DNA of 64,000 bases from Cyanobacteria bacterium P01_A01_bin.123 (GCA_039815185.1 JBCBZT010000019.1:1-64000), one strand, 5' to 3'; counted from the stretch's first letter, positions 39,091 to 51,297 are shown. Translations and numbers: made by a program. Notes: generated by a model from the sequence alone, not told the origin.

Positions 39091-40560
39091 TCAATTCTGT
39101 TCTGAATATTCAGGCAGAAACACATTGAACTCAGGCACAGCAGCGGAGACTAATTCAGGCTTAGTTTCATCCGTAGCTTTTTCTGGAATCTCTGGGTTAA
39201 TAGGCGTTGCCACCACTTCTAAGCTGGGCTGATCGGGAGTATGGTTGGCGCTGAGAGTGGATTCAGGGGCAGTCACTGTTTGAGCAACTTCTGTCGCGGC
39301 TGGATTGGGTGGCAGATCAAAGTCAAGGGCAATGAACTGATCTACTGGATCGTCTAAATCTAAGGGCTGACTGGCGTTCGGGGCCACGTTAGCATCGGTT
39401 TCTGAAGGAGGCGCGGAGGGATTGAGGGGTGAAGCGATCGCGGCCTGGGAAATCTCAGTCGGAATTTCACCCGCGGCCTCTACCGCTCTAGCAACAGCAT
39501 TCATGCGTCTTTGCTGATCTCGGTTTACCCCCTGGAGAGTGTTGCCTAACCCCGGTGCATTCCACCGTTGCTGATCAGAATCGAAATAAGCATAGGTGCG
39601 TGACCACAAAATTGCTTCGTCTCCTTCGAGGCCCTGCGCTTGCGCTTCCACCAATCGATCCATATAGCCCCCTTGACCTAAAGCCGCTAGGGGAGATTGA
39701 TTCGCTAAATCCAAGGCATTTAGGGTTTGGGCTAAATCTAAAATTAATCCTCGGGCTTGCGCTTTTTGCTGGATGATTTTGGCTTGTGACTGTAATCTCG
39801 CTAGTTGCTTATGATCGGCCTCCTCTGGAGAATTGGCTCCATGCTGGTAAGAGAATGTCCCCAAGTTCCAAGCTTGGTTGCCCGGATCAACGTGACCTCC
39901 AAATGCTTGAGTGTACTCTCCGGCAGGCGTACGCGTGCCTTCAGCACTCCCAATCGCACGGGCAACCAAAGAATCTCTCCCCCCCTGAAAGACGAATGCT
40001 TCCATGACTTGGGCCATGTCAGTGGTAGAAAGGGCGATCACGGATGCTGGCTCGGGGACAGACACCTCAGCCTTTTGGATCGCAGTTGATACTGCAGGGG
40101 CCTCAAACGCAAAGGAAAGACCGATCGGTGAGCGACTTTGAGCAACTTGTACTACGACTGATTCGGGTGAGGTCGCTGCAGCAACCTCTATAGGTTGCAC
40201 AGTCAGGGTTGGGGGGGCAGGCGGTAAGGCTGCCGAAAATTCTTCAACCTGAGCCGAAAGGGCTTGAGCATTACCTTGATAGACGGAAGCAGGAAGCGCC
40301 ACTGCAACTCTAGAAATAGGAGGATTAGCCGCATTCGGCGGAATGGGCAACGGGGTATCTGCAGCCAGCACGGCCTCAGCCTCCAGTGAGCCCTCAACCG
40401 GAGACTTAGCCAGAGCGGGGGAGCCTACCGATGCATCGCTCGCTAGATCAGGCAGGCTGAAGTCTAGAGCGATGTCATCGGCAGGTGTCTGAGCCCTGGC
40501 AGGAATTCCCGCCGTCACGGCCAGAAGGCTTAAGGCAATTAGAGAAGGGGACTTCATCAT
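39091..40560 (-). CDS. Exported protein with central lysozyme-like domain flanked by disordered P/A/S-rich regions
   Basis: Signal peptide; ARAIGSAEGT, GHVDPGN..NLGTFSYQ, LDLANQSPLAA. Confidence 0.65.
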   Translation of the reverse strand: MMKSPSLIALSLLAVTAGIPARAQTPADDIALDFSLPDLASDASVGSPALAKSPVEGSLEAEAVLAADTPLPIPPNAANPPISRVAVALPASVYQGNAQALSAQVEEFSAALPPAPPTLTVQPIEVAAATSPESVVVQVAQSRSPIGLSFAFEAPAVSTAIQKAEVSVPEPASVIALSTTDMAQVMEAFVFQGGRDSLVARAIGSAEGTRTPAGEYTQAFGGHVDPGNQAWNLGTFSYQHGANSPEEADHKQLARLQSQAKIIQQKAQARGLILDLAQTLNALDLANQSPLAALGQGGYMDRLVEAQAQGLEGDEAILWSRTYAYFDSDQQRWNAPGLGNTLQGVNRDQQRRMNAVARAVEAAGEIPTEISQAAIASPLNPSAPPSETDANVAPNASQPLDLDDPVDQFIALDFDLPPNPAATEVAQTVTAPESTLSANHTPDQPSLEVVATPINPEIPEKATDETKPELVSAAVPEFNVFLPEYSEQN

Positions 40561-40602
40561 CAGAGGTACTATGGCAGAAAGATATTGGAAGAACCATGAG
40601 AC

Positions 40603-41085
40603 TTAAGGTTGGGCCGATCGCACGGCTGGTTCAAGCGATCGCGTCAAAATGTCACTTGAGGGTTCAACAATGGCCCATGTGCCATCGGGTTGGCGGCGCA
40701 GGGTGGCAAAGTGTAGATAGCGACCTTTGCCAATTTTTTTGCCTTGCTTAACCGGGCCCAACCGAGGATGCTCAAGGCCACACAGCCGAAACAGGTAGGC
40801 GGGCACTTCTGGCGTTGAGAACAAGACACAGGGACTATCTTTGAGGGGTTCTACATCTCCTTGAAATGGGGCATATACCGCAGCTCCGTTTAACTCGACA
40901 GACACATCACCCAAGCTGGCACTCACCTGACGCCCCCCGACAACCATCCCTGGCTGCAATTCCCACTGTTGTTGAAGTGGCACGGGACGGGGCGCTACCG
41001 TTGCCCCTTGACTACAGCCCACTATGGCGATCGCGCTACTGACCACACCCAAAAGCCGTCCCAAGGCCTGTCGTGATGGCAGCAT
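40603..41085 (-). CDS. Hypothetical lipoprotein, degenerate M23-like fold
   Basis: Lipobox-like IVG-C, VYAPFQGDV, VKQGKKIG..LHF; no HxxxD motif. Confidence 0.65.
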   Translation of the reverse strand: MLPSRQALGRLLGVVSSAIAIVGCSQGATVAPRPVPLQQQWELQPGMVVGGRQVSASLGDVSVELNGAAVYAPFQGDVEPLKDSPCVLFSTPEVPAYLFRLCGLEHPRLGPVKQGKKIGKGRYLHFATLRRQPDGTWAIVEPSSDILTRSLEPAVRSAQP

Positions 41086-41119
41086 CACCAGCCTGACTGC
41101 ATGGGAGTCATCAAGGCTT

Positions 41120-41539
41120 TTATTCAAAGTGGAAACGATAGCCCGCATACTCGTCGTTTTCGTAAAGAATGACCAATTGGGTCTGGGGATCAAATTCCAG
41201 GGGGTAGGCTTCTCGCTCAGCCACAACGCCTGAACGAACCGTCAAGTCTGGCAGCGTACAGTAAGGTTCATTGACGATTTCGCGCACTTTAGTTTTGCTA
41301 TCCCGCTCTGGAATGGCCAAAACTTGAGCCAACTTCTCACGCGATAGGGTGGCATCACCCTGCACCAAATTTTCGCACCGCTCTCCGGTGACAATCGCTT
41401 GGGGTTTGATCAGCAATCCTCGCATCCCCTGAAAGTCAAATAGCAGTCCGACTAGGGCAAACATCAATCCCCCAGCCAGCATCGGCTTAAGAAATAGTCC
41501 TGGCCCAGAGTGATTTACGGGATAGTGAGTGGGGGTCAT
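41120..41539 (-). CDS. Hypothetical membrane-anchored protein
   Basis: N-terminal TM, two Cys, PYCTLP..REAYPLEFDP..YAGYRF. Confidence 0.75.
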   Translation of the reverse strand: MTPTHYPVNHSGPGLFLKPMLAGGLMFALVGLLFDFQGMRGLLIKPQAIVTGERCENLVQGDATLSREKLAQVLAIPERDSKTKVREIVNEPYCTLPDLTVRSGVVAEREAYPLEFDPQTQLVILYENDEYAGYRFHFE

Positions 41540-41584
41540 AATCTCCTCCTGTAAGTCGTGCACAAATTTAAGTCTTAAACCTTG

Positions 41585-41662
41585 ACCACACCCGGAGCCA
41601 TCGTTTCCCCTGTAAGGGCGCAAGACCTTGCGCCCCTAAGCCAGGCCTGAAATCGGATGTGG
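41585..41662 (-). repeat. Dispersed intergenic element, copy F (contains REP-like hairpin)
   Basis: Minus strand CCACATCCGATTTCAGG...GGGCGCAAGGTCTTGCGCCC...GGGAAACGATGGCTCCGGGTGTGGT, directly after a stop codon. Confidence 0.7.
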
Positions 41663-41663
41663 C

Positions 41664-42749
41664 TTAGAACCGACCGCCAACGACTAATCCAGCGATCACA
41701 ATCAGTAACCGAAAGCCGAGGGTATAGTTTGGTCGGGGAGCCAGGGTAGAGCGGTAAAGCACAAACAACCCAATCCCCAACATCGAAATGGCGATGTAAG
41801 GAAATAGCACCGGGTTTTTAGCCACCACAAAATCGAGACAAATGCGGACAATAGCTGCCCCACTGAACCAAATCAACCCATCTAACGGTGTCAATCGCGA
41901 TCGCGATTGGACAGGCCGTTTACGTTGTTGAGGGGCATATTTAGAATGGGGTTTGGGCGATGGCCCTACACGCTTGAGTCCTTTGTTCAGCAGATGGGTA
42001 ACCCAATGCCCCCCTCTACTGAGCACTGCAAGCGACTCAGTCCACAATCCACCCCAGCCCAGGTCAGCTAGGCGATTGGCGAGATCAAACCCAATGTGTT
42101 CTTGACGCCGATCGCGCAAATCACCTGCCACTTCTTGGGCCTGACGATGATCACGGTAGAGATCTACCTCTCGATAGTCCAGCACATAGGTTCCTCGGCG
42201 AGTTTGCTGCACCATCGGCACAACGGCAGATTGGAACTCACATAGCGCAGCCGCCATTTCCCCGGACAAGACATTTTGGTCGTTCCACGCGGCCATGTCA
42301 TATCCCTCAAAGGAAATCTGGTCGGCAATCGCTTTCATTGCCAACATGGCCGCCTCTTGATGTTCCGATAGTTGATTGATGTGTGCGGCCTGTTTAGCCA
42401 ATGCCTGTAAGTGGACTTCCATCTCCCACGGTTGTGGTGTTGTAGGTTGGCGAGATGGAGGCCCAAACTCCGCAGACGTAATCTCAGAGGCCCCAGCATA
42501 GGTCTGGGATTGCCCATCACTCCTAAAGGTTTGTAGATGCTGACTTGATCGTTGCTTCAGCGTTTCTACCGCTGCCGCATACTGATGCACGCTTGGGCGA
42601 ATCGAGGTCGGCCCGCTGCCAGCATTTGGAGACACAGCACGGGAGGGGGGGACCCAAGGTAATGTGGCCGCTTCTGAACTTAGCGGCTCTTGCCGAACGC
42701 GCTGAAGCTTTTCTTTAATCGCCTGAAGTTCCATTTCTTCACTTTTCAT
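41664..42749 (-). CDS. Hypothetical protein with C-terminal TM helices
   Basis: Soluble N-terminus with HINQLS..QEAA..MKAIA coiled segment, three C-terminal TMs; start uncertain (42749 or 42809). Confidence 0.75.
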   Translation of the reverse strand: MKSEEMELQAIKEKLQRVRQEPLSSEAATLPWVPPSRAVSPNAGSGPTSIRPSVHQYAAAVETLKQRSSQHLQTFRSDGQSQTYAGASEITSAEFGPPSRQPTTPQPWEMEVHLQALAKQAAHINQLSEHQEAAMLAMKAIADQISFEGYDMAAWNDQNVLSGEMAAALCEFQSAVVPMVQQTRRGTYVLDYREVDLYRDHRQAQEVAGDLRDRRQEHIGFDLANRLADLGWGGLWTESLAVLSRGGHWVTHLLNKGLKRVGPSPKPHSKYAPQQRKRPVQSRSRLTPLDGLIWFSGAAIVRICLDFVVAKNPVLFPYIAISMLGIGLFVLYRSTLAPRPNYTLGFRLLIVIAGLVVGGRF

Positions 42750-43198
42750 GGGGCTATTTGTGGAGACGTCAAAACAAAATCGGGGCCATCTCCCATCTGC
42801 ATAGTACAAATGTACTTTACTTTAGGTAAATGATCCACTTTTGACCCTAAATTTCTCGGAAATCTTAAGTCTGACCAAATTTCGCCTTTAACCCAGGCGA
42901 TCGGGCTGTAGTTTGTTGAGGTGAGTCCTGATTGGCTCACTGTTCTGATGGTCTACATTGTGTCTCCCTATCCTCCTCGATTCCCTGATAACGGGCTCAT
43001 CATCCAGGCCGAGCCCAAAAGATATCCGTAAGCATACTGAAACATTTCAAAACTGCACGGCGTCCTAGCTAGAAGCAAGGGATTTTACTGAGCGGAAGCG
43101 GTTCGCCGATTGCCTACCATGGGCTTAGTTAGGAGTATGTCCTAATGAGCTTGAGGGTAGGAACGCGATCGCGCTATCCGTTAGGAGACGTTTGACAC

Positions 43199-44044
43199 AT
43201 GGTTAAAGCATTTCGCGGGTCTGTGAACCGTTGGGCCCGTTCTAGGGGTGCAGATGGACTGCAGCCACTAGAGGCAAATGCCCAAATGCGCCCCAAATCC
43301 TGTCCTTATCACATCGTGATGGGGCTGCTGATGGGAGGTCAGGTGTTAATGCGTCTGATTCAGGGCAAGGTATCTCGCCGCTATGTCATGGAGCACATGA
43401 TTTCGGCTGGACCAGGGGCAGTTACCCCTGTCCTGATGACTAATTTTTTCGCGGGCATGATTTTTACAATCCAAACAGCCCGAGAGCTCGTTCGTTATGG
43501 GGCCATGCATGCTTTGGGGGGGGCTTTTGCCCTGGCCTTTTGCCGTGAATTGGCCCCAATTCTGACGGCAGCCATTTTGGCCGGCCAAGTCGGGTCAGCC
43601 TTTGCTGCAGAAATTGGCTGCATGAAAGTAACGGATCAAATCGACGCGCTGAAAATTTTGCGGACTGACCCAATTGATTATTTGGTCGTGCCTAGAGTCC
43701 TTGCCTGCTGCATTATGCTACCTGTGTTGACCGTACTGTCTCTAGTCATCGGCATCGGCGGTGGAGTGTTCGTGGCCTTCCAGTTCTATGGCGTGTCGCC
43801 CTCAATGTTTTTAGAGTCGGTGCGCTCAATGTTGGAACTCAGCGACCTCTTGACCGTGCTACTCAAAGCTATAATTTTTGGCGCGATGATTGCCCTTGCA
43901 GGTTGCAGTTGGGGGCTAACCACGACTTGCAGCAAAACCGTAGGCCGTTCTGCGACTTCGGCCGTAGTCAGTACCTGGGTTTCTCTCTTCGTCGTCGATT
44001 TCTTCCTATCACTGCTGCTGTTTAATGGTGTCCCAATCCATTAG
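43199..44044 (+). CDS. MlaE family lipid-asymmetry ABC permease
   Basis: RELAPILTA..AGQVGSAFAAEIGCMKVTDQIDAL..PIDYLVVPRV; start may be downstream. Confidence 0.92.
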   Translation: MVKAFRGSVNRWARSRGADGLQPLEANAQMRPKSCPYHIVMGLLMGGQVLMRLIQGKVSRRYVMEHMISAGPGAVTPVLMTNFFAGMIFTIQTARELVRYGAMHALGGAFALAFCRELAPILTAAILAGQVGSAFAAEIGCMKVTDQIDALKILRTDPIDYLVVPRVLACCIMLPVLTVLSLVIGIGGGVFVAFQFYGVSPSMFLESVRSMLELSDLLTVLLKAIIFGAMIALAGCSWGLTTTCSKTVGRSATSAVVSTWVSLFVVDFFLSLLLFNGVPIH

Positions 44045-44135
44045 AGGATCCTGAGACCTTTGGAAATAAATGATCGACGGGGTCTCGCAGCATAAACTAG
44101 GCGCTCCGGAAATTGGCTCATGCGTAACCCTGATT

Positions 44136-44933
44136 ATGACTGAATCCTTATGGCTAGGGTTAGTGATTGGCAATTCGCGCCTGCACTGGGCCACCTTTTC
44201 TGGCGACAACCTCCAAGCAACTTGGCACACGCCCCATTTGCAAGATTCCCAAGTTGAGGCATTGATCAAGCAAAATTTTTGCCCCAGCAGTTGGCCGTCT
44301 TCAGGCGATCGCGTTCCCAGTCACATCACCTTCACCAAGCCCCCGATGGTGTGGATTGCTGCCGTTGTTCCGACTCAAGCTGCACTGTGGCAACGTCGCG
44401 ATTGCGTCATATTTATTAAGGCTGAACATATCCCCCTAGCCAACAGCTACAGCACCTTAGGTCTCGATCGCAGTCTGTCCCTGCTGGGTGCGATGGCCCA
44501 CTACGGAGACCCCATACTCGTGATTGATGCTGGCACAGCCTTAACTTTTACTGCTGGGGTTGAGCAGCGGTTCATCGGCGGTGCCATTTTGCCCGGTTTA
44601 CGATTGCAGTTTAGTGCACTTGCCCAAGGAACAGCAGCCCTGCCTGAAGTGGTGGATTGGCCTAGGAACCTACCTGAACGCTGGGCAACCAGCACCCCAA
44701 CGGCAATCCAGAGCGGTATTCTTTACACACTATTAGCTGGTATTGCGAACTATATCCAAACTTGGGAAAAACAATACCCAAACGGCCATGTCGTGATCAC
44801 TGGGGGCGATCGCGAGCCAATCGCTGACTGGCTGGCTCAACACGATCCCGCTTCAATCCAACGCCTCAAAACAGACCCCAATCTCATGTTTTGGGGTCTG
44901 CAACGCTATCGAAGCCAACTAATAGAGGGTTAG
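44136..44933 (+). CDS. coaX: Type III pantothenate kinase
   Basis: IGNSR, LGLDR, IDAGTALT, GGAILPG, ITGGD. Confidence 0.92.
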   Translation: MTESLWLGLVIGNSRLHWATFSGDNLQATWHTPHLQDSQVEALIKQNFCPSSWPSSGDRVPSHITFTKPPMVWIAAVVPTQAALWQRRDCVIFIKAEHIPLANSYSTLGLDRSLSLLGAMAHYGDPILVIDAGTALTFTAGVEQRFIGGAILPGLRLQFSALAQGTAALPEVVDWPRNLPERWATSTPTAIQSGILYTLLAGIANYIQTWEKQYPNGHVVITGGDREPIADWLAQHDPASIQRLKTDPNLMFWGLQRYRSQLIEG

Positions 44934-45445
44934 TTCCGTGTCAACCACTTCTGTCCGTTCAACCGTTGATTGACATAGAGCACCATCAAATCCAGAGTGA
45001 TTTTGCGTTCATCTCCCATAAATTGCTCAACGGTACTGGGGTTGCCACCGCCATCAGCCAGATAGAAAATTTTGCTGCCCTTAATATCTTCGCTTAAAAA
45101 CGCCACGTTAAATTGGCGCTTGCCCGACAACCAGTGGCCTGTGACATGCCAGCACTGATCACCGTCTTGTCCGCCTAAGACCGTCAATTTGCGCTGCTCA
45201 AAGGTCAGCACAATATCGTCTAAGCCATTTTCCTTAAGTGATTTGTCTAGAGCAGGAATAAAATGCTCAGCAATAAATTCTTGAAAAGGCTTATCTTCAA
45301 GAGCGGGTGGCTTTTCCTTCTTTTTAGCCTTCGCGGCCCCAGCCGCCTTGGCCGGAGCCGGTTTTGCTTTAGGCCCTGAAGACTCTACTTTGGATTGAGC
45401 CTCACCTGCGGAGGTTTGCTCTTGGGGCTTTTGATCTTCTGCCAT
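44930..45445 (-). CDS. ndhV: DUF2996 family protein (NdhV-like NDH-1 accessory subunit)
   Basis: KPPALEDKPF.EFI..HFIPAL, DERKITLDL, QRLNGQKWL. Confidence 0.8.
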   Translation of the reverse strand: MAEDQKPQEQTSAGEAQSKVESSGPKAKPAPAKAAGAAKAKKKEKPPALEDKPFQEFIAEHFIPALDKSLKENGLDDIVLTFEQRKLTVLGGQDGDQCWHVTGHWLSGKRQFNVAFLSEDIKGSKIFYLADGGGNPSTVEQFMGDERKITLDLMVLYVNQRLNGQKWLTRN

Positions 45446-45697
45446 ACGCCTCTTGCAACATCACCATTTAGCCTAGGAGATCGCCTCCCAGAGATATGAG
45501 CCTAGAGCAACTAGGCAACCTCTTGATGACGACCCCAAGGGGTACAGACTCGCTCGATCAGTTTTGATCTAGAGTTCATCATTCTTCTAAATCTTAAAGG
45601 CAAATGCCTCAAACGATCTGTTCTGTATCCCCCTTGGCCGAGCTCAGATGCTGCTGTATTGACCCCTGACAAGCTTAGTATCAACTAGGGCTGCTGC

Positions 45698-46726
<1,029 letters not shown>

Positions 46727-46834
46727 TCATTCACACCCACGTCTTAACTAAATGGTATAGCGCTGGACGTGGCCAAAGTTTATGTCTATTTTGCCAGGGG
46801 AACATATCCAGGAAAACGACACCCTGTTCAAAAA

Positions 46835-46919
46835 ACACATCCGATTTGAAAACTTGTTCGCGCAGCGTCTCCGAAGGAGAAATGTTTAACTCAGAGAAAA
46901 ACTACGGATCTGGATGTAG
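46835..46919 (+). repeat. Dispersed intergenic element, copy G
   Basis: ACACATCCGATTTGAAAACTTG...AGAAAAACTACGGATCTGGATGTAG. Confidence 0.8.
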
Positions 46920-47031
46920 CCAAGGTTTATTTTAGGGAGCTCTTAGGGTTCGTAGTTCTGACTTTTAAACCAGGTCGATGGAACCCAAGCATTTAAGCTA
47001 GCGTTCCATCGACTTTAGGGTTGGGTCAGTC

Positions 47032-48111
47032 CTAGGACAGCATACCGCTGACATCTTTGCGCACTGTGGCAATGTCTAAACCAGCGGGCAAGCCATTTTG
47101 AGAGCTTGTCTTGACACCAACCGCTTCAAGATCAGCATCTACCATCAGCTTGACCAGCCCTTCAAAGGTAACGCTGGGTTCCCAACCTAGCTTTTGCTTA
47201 GCCTTAGCTGGGTCGCCAATCAGGATATCAACTTCCGTAGGGCGGAGATAGCGGGGATCAAATTCAACATGGTCTTGCCAATCTATGTTGACATGCTTGA
47301 AAGCAATATCGAGAAACTCGCGAATGGAGTGGGTTTCGCCTGTGGCTACCACATAATCATCAGGTGCATCTTGTTGCAGCATTAGCCACATGGCTCGCAC
47401 GTAGTCTTTGGCGTAGCCCCAATCACGCTTGGAGTCGAGGTTACCCAGATAGAGTTTTTTCTGCTGTCCAGCGACGATGCGGGCGAGGGCGCGGGTGATT
47501 TTTCGGGTTACAAACGTTTCACCCCGACGCGGTGACTCATGGTTGAACAAGATACCGTTGCAGGCAAATAGATCGTAGGATTCGCGGTAGTTCAGGGTTT
47601 GCCAGTGGGCATAAACTTTGGCACAGGCGTAGGGACTACGGGGATAAAACGGGGTGCTTTCCTTCTGAGGAATGTCTTGCACCTTACCGTACATTTCAGA
47701 GGAGCCTGCCTGGTAGAAGCGAACCTGCAAGCCAGTGCGCTGCTGATAGTCGCGGATAGCTTCTAGTAACCGCAGTGCTCCCATAGCCACTGTATCAACC
47801 GTGTATTCAGGAGAGTCAAAGCTGACGCGAACATGGGACTGGGCACCGAGGTTAAAGACTTCAGAGGGCTTCACCTGCTCCAAAATTCGGCGCAGCATAG
47901 TGCCATCGTTCAAGTCGCCATAGTGTAGGAACAGTCGGGCGTCATCACTATGGGGATCAACATAGATATGATCGAGCCGATCAGTGTTGAAGGTTGAGGT
48001 ACGACGAATGATGCCGTGAACCTCATAGCCATTTTCTAGGAGGAGCTCGGAGAGATAAGACCCATCCTGACCTGTAATACCGGTAATCAGCGCGCGCTTT
48101 GCTTGCGTCAT
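47032..48111 (-). CDS. gmd: GDP-mannose 4,6-dehydratase
   Basis: [50 protein letters not shown]. Confidence 0.98.
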   Translation of the reverse strand: MTQAKRALITGITGQDGSYLSELLLENGYEVHGIIRRTSTFNTDRLDHIYVDPHSDDARLFLHYGDLNDGTMLRRILEQVKPSEVFNLGAQSHVRVSFDSPEYTVDTVAMGALRLLEAIRDYQQRTGLQVRFYQAGSSEMYGKVQDIPQKESTPFYPRSPYACAKVYAHWQTLNYRESYDLFACNGILFNHESPRRGETFVTRKITRALARIVAGQQKKLYLGNLDSKRDWGYAKDYVRAMWLMLQQDAPDDYVVATGETHSIREFLDIAFKHVNIDWQDHVEFDPRYLRPTEVDILIGDPAKAKQKLGWEPSVTFEGLVKLMVDADLEAVGVKTSSQNGLPAGLDIATVRKDVSGMLS

Positions 48112-48566
48112 TGTTTAAGCTTTCCTCTCAATGCTAAGTAATGTGGGTAAATAGTCCGATTTGAAAATCAGATGCTTAGGCAGGATGCCCATGGCAATAA
48201 CAGTTCGTTATAAATACTGAGCACTAGGCTTAGCCGAATGGCCTTCAAAATTGACAAGGTGCTCAAATCCTTTCACAACGTTAGCTTGAAAGTCCACTCC
48301 CTTCATCAAGGAACTGTGTTTTGCCTGTAAAGAATGCCTTTATGAATGTCTACACCATTCAATAGGCCATTGGGGATCTCAGGGAATTTACCTTGACTCA
48401 CAAATCAGGAAAAGCTAGACAGTGCCTGGTTAGACGAGTCAACATCAATCAACAGGGGTGGACAAAATTTGGCAAGCCTCTGTATCGTCACGGTAATCAG
48501 AGTACCCATCTGCAGCGCAAACCATACGTTAGGGGTAGAGAGTTTTCTGCGTTGACGAGAAGAGCG

Positions 48567-48857
48567 TTAGGCGCGGCGATCGCGTTGGATATCATAAATC
48601 GCCTTTTCCCAGCACCATTGCTCGGAGCGTTCGGGGTTTTGCTGACGAACGCGCTCGACTAATCGTTGAGCCACCCCTGGATTACCGTTGACTAACCGCA
48701 TCAATGCTCTACGGGTGCGACCATCAACCCCGTTAACCTTAGGTTTACTCAACTGGGGAAGGCTATAGCCGCGCAGGGGCGATCGCTGTCGACGATTAAA
48801 CCAAAAATAGACCCCAACTAAAATCGCGATCGCGAACAGCAGCGGCAGCAAAGACAT
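48567..48857 (-). CDS. Small hypothetical membrane-anchored protein
   Basis: N-terminal TM then LMRLVNGN..AQRLV..NPERSEQWCWEKAIYDIQRDRR. Confidence 0.8.
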   Translation of the reverse strand: MSLLPLLFAIAILVGVYFWFNRRQRSPLRGYSLPQLSKPKVNGVDGRTRRALMRLVNGNPGVAQRLVERVRQQNPERSEQWCWEKAIYDIQRDRRA

Positions 48858-48949
48858 GATGTGCGGAATTTAGATAGCAAGTTACTTCCAGCTTCGCTCA
48901 AAATCTTAGAAAATAACATCATTGCAAGTACGGATATCCCAATCAGCCC

Positions 48950-49546
48950 ATGGCCAGTTCATCTATTGCAGAACCACGAGCGCTAGAGATTTTGGCCTTT
49001 TGGTTTGATGAACCCAGCGGAGAGTTAGCGCAACTGCGAAAAGTTTGGTTTCAAAAAAACACTGCCTTTGACGAACAAATTCGCCAGCGGTTTTTAACCG
49101 ATTACGAAAAGGCAGCGACGGGTCAGTTAGAGACTTGGAAAACTCACCCCAAAAGTTGTTTAGCACTTATTCTGCTGCTCGATCAGTTTCCCCGAAATTT
49201 GTTTCGCCAAAATTCACGCAGCTTTGCCACTGACAAACAAGCTGTGGCTGTGGCCCAGTGGGCCATCGACCAAGGCTTTAATCAATCACTCATTCCTGTC
49301 GAGCAGTTATTCGTCTATTTGCCTTTTGAACATAGCGAGCAGCTTACCAACCAGCATCGGGCCGTCACCTTAATCGAACCCTTGGGTGAGGCTGACCCTG
49401 GCCTCGTTTCCTGCGTAGACTACGCCTACCGCCATCGGGATGTGATCGAACGCTTTGGTCGATTTCCCCACCGCAACGAGATTTTAGGGCGGTCTACAAC
49501 GCTAGCCGAAGCAGAATTTTTGCGCCAACCCGGTTCAAGATTTTAG
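48950..49546 (+). CDS. DUF924 family protein
   Basis: ILAFWF, LDQFPRN, YLPFEHSE, FGRFPHRN..LGR. Confidence 0.93.
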   Translation: MASSSIAEPRALEILAFWFDEPSGELAQLRKVWFQKNTAFDEQIRQRFLTDYEKAATGQLETWKTHPKSCLALILLLDQFPRNLFRQNSRSFATDKQAVAVAQWAIDQGFNQSLIPVEQLFVYLPFEHSEQLTNQHRAVTLIEPLGEADPGLVSCVDYAYRHRDVIERFGRFPHRNEILGRSTTLAEAEFLRQPGSRF

Positions 49547-49592
49547 GGAAAACACAAGTCGTTAGATTGATTCAGTCCTGTCAAAGTTAGTT

Positions 49593-50480
49593 TTGGGGGT
49601 CGTTGTGGACGTTGCATTTATCGGAATGGGAACCATGGGGGCGCCAATGGCCCTCAACCTGCTCAAGGCTGGATATAAAGTAACGGTGCACAACCGTACC
49701 CGCGATCGCGAAATCCCCCTAGCCTCAGCGGGTGCTAACCGCGCTGACTCACCCCAAGCCGCTGCTAAACAGGCCGCGGTGATTATCACCTGTGTCAGCG
49801 ACAGTGCGGATGTGGAGTCGGTCGTCCTGGGCGATCGCGGTGTCATTCACGGTGCGACTGCAGGATCCATTGTTGTGGACATGTCTACCATTAGCCCCGG
49901 TACGACTCGCCAGATTGCTGCAACCCTGGCTCAACACAGCATCGCAATGCTCGATGCCCCTGTCTCCGGCGGATCCGAAGGAGCACAAAAGGGCACGCTC
50001 TCAATCATGATTGGCGGGAACGCCGCCGATGTGGAACAGGTGCGTCCGGTTTTGGCGGCAATGGGCAGCACCCTAACCCACGTTGGCGACATTGGCGCGG
50101 GGCAGGTGACCAAAGCGATCAACCAGGTAATTGCGGCGGGGACGTATTGGGCAGTCGCTGAGGGCATGGCTTTAGGCCTCAAAGCTGGACTGGATATGAC
50201 CAAGGTCGTCCAGGCGGTCGGCAGTGGGGCAGCAGGCTCCTGGGGTCTCACGAACCGTTCTGGCAACATGATTGACAACCACTATCCCCTCGGGTTTCGA
50301 GTCCGATTGCACCGCAAAGATCTCAACATTGCCTTAGAGGCGGCTCGCGAACTGGGGGTCACCCTGCCCATGGCAGCTTATGTCGAACAAATCGAAACGG
50401 GGCTCATTGCCCAGGGCTATGGCGATGAAGACCTGTCGGCGATCGCCCGCAGTATTCGACAGCAGTCCGCAATCGACTAG
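49593..50480 (+). CDS. NAD(P)-dependent oxidoreductase, beta-hydroxyacid dehydrogenase family
   Basis: FIGMGTMGAPMA, DAPVSGG, TKAINQ, KDL; start probably a GTG slightly downstream. Confidence 0.93.
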   Translation: MGVVVDVAFIGMGTMGAPMALNLLKAGYKVTVHNRTRDREIPLASAGANRADSPQAAAKQAAVIITCVSDSADVESVVLGDRGVIHGATAGSIVVDMSTISPGTTRQIAATLAQHSIAMLDAPVSGGSEGAQKGTLSIMIGGNAADVEQVRPVLAAMGSTLTHVGDIGAGQVTKAINQVIAAGTYWAVAEGMALGLKAGLDMTKVVQAVGSGAAGSWGLTNRSGNMIDNHYPLGFRVRLHRKDLNIALEAARELGVTLPMAAYVEQIETGLIAQGYGDEDLSAIARSIRQQSAID

Positions 50481-50489
50481 CGGCTCTCC

Positions 50490-51146
50490 TTACCGCCTCC
50501 GCTCCTGCAACTTACGATATACAGCTTTGATGTCCACATTATGGTGGGCCAGGGCGACTAGGGTGTGATATATCAAGTCGGCGACTTCCCCGGCGATCGC
50601 GTCGGGGTCATCATCTTTGCAGGCCATCACCACTTCAGCAGACTCTTCGCCGATTTTCTTGAGGATTTTGTTGTCGCCACCCGAGAGCAGTTTGTGGGTG
50701 TAGGAACCTTCCTGGGGGCGATCGCGGCGATCGCAGATGACGCTATACACCTGGGATAGGGTATCCGCTGGGGGGGGATTCACGGTGCCCTCAATTTGAT
50801 GAAAGCAACTCCGTTCTCCGGTGTGGCAAGCCACATCTCCAATTTGCTCGACCGTTACCAGCAAGGCATCGCTGTCGCAGTCATAGCGGAGGGTTTGGAC
50901 TTTTTGCAGGTGTCCCGAAGTTTCCCCCTTGTGCCAAAACTGCTGCCGTGAGCGACTCCAAAACCAAGTATCGCCGGTTTCTAGCGTTTTGTGCAGCGAT
51001 TCGCGGTTCATCCAGGCCATCATCAACACCGTGCCATCGAGATAGTCTTGAACGATGGCAGGCACCAGCCCTTGGTCGTTATAGCGAATTTGATCGAGCG
51101 GAATGGCAGCCGCAAAGCCAGCAGCCTCAGACGGTGGAGAAGTCAT
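50490..51146 (-). CDS. hisIE: Bifunctional phosphoribosyl-AMP cyclohydrolase / phosphoribosyl-ATP diphosphatase
   Basis: [40 protein letters not shown]. Confidence 0.97.
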   Translation of the reverse strand: MTSPPSEAAGFAAAIPLDQIRYNDQGLVPAIVQDYLDGTVLMMAWMNRESLHKTLETGDTWFWSRSRQQFWHKGETSGHLQKVQTLRYDCDSDALLVTVEQIGDVACHTGERSCFHQIEGTVNPPPADTLSQVYSVICDRRDRPQEGSYTHKLLSGGDNKILKKIGEESAEVVMACKDDDPDAIAGEVADLIYHTLVALAHHNVDIKAVYRKLQERRR

Positions 51147-51297
51147 AGCAGTGAGAATTACAAATCAAACGAACTGACTCACCCATTTTGCAGCATGCTT
51201 GAACAATCCTTAACAACTCTCAAGCCTGGCGAAGCAACTCGATAGGATAAGAAAACCTGCTGATAATCACGAACAGCGAGACCTTAAGGAGACCCAC

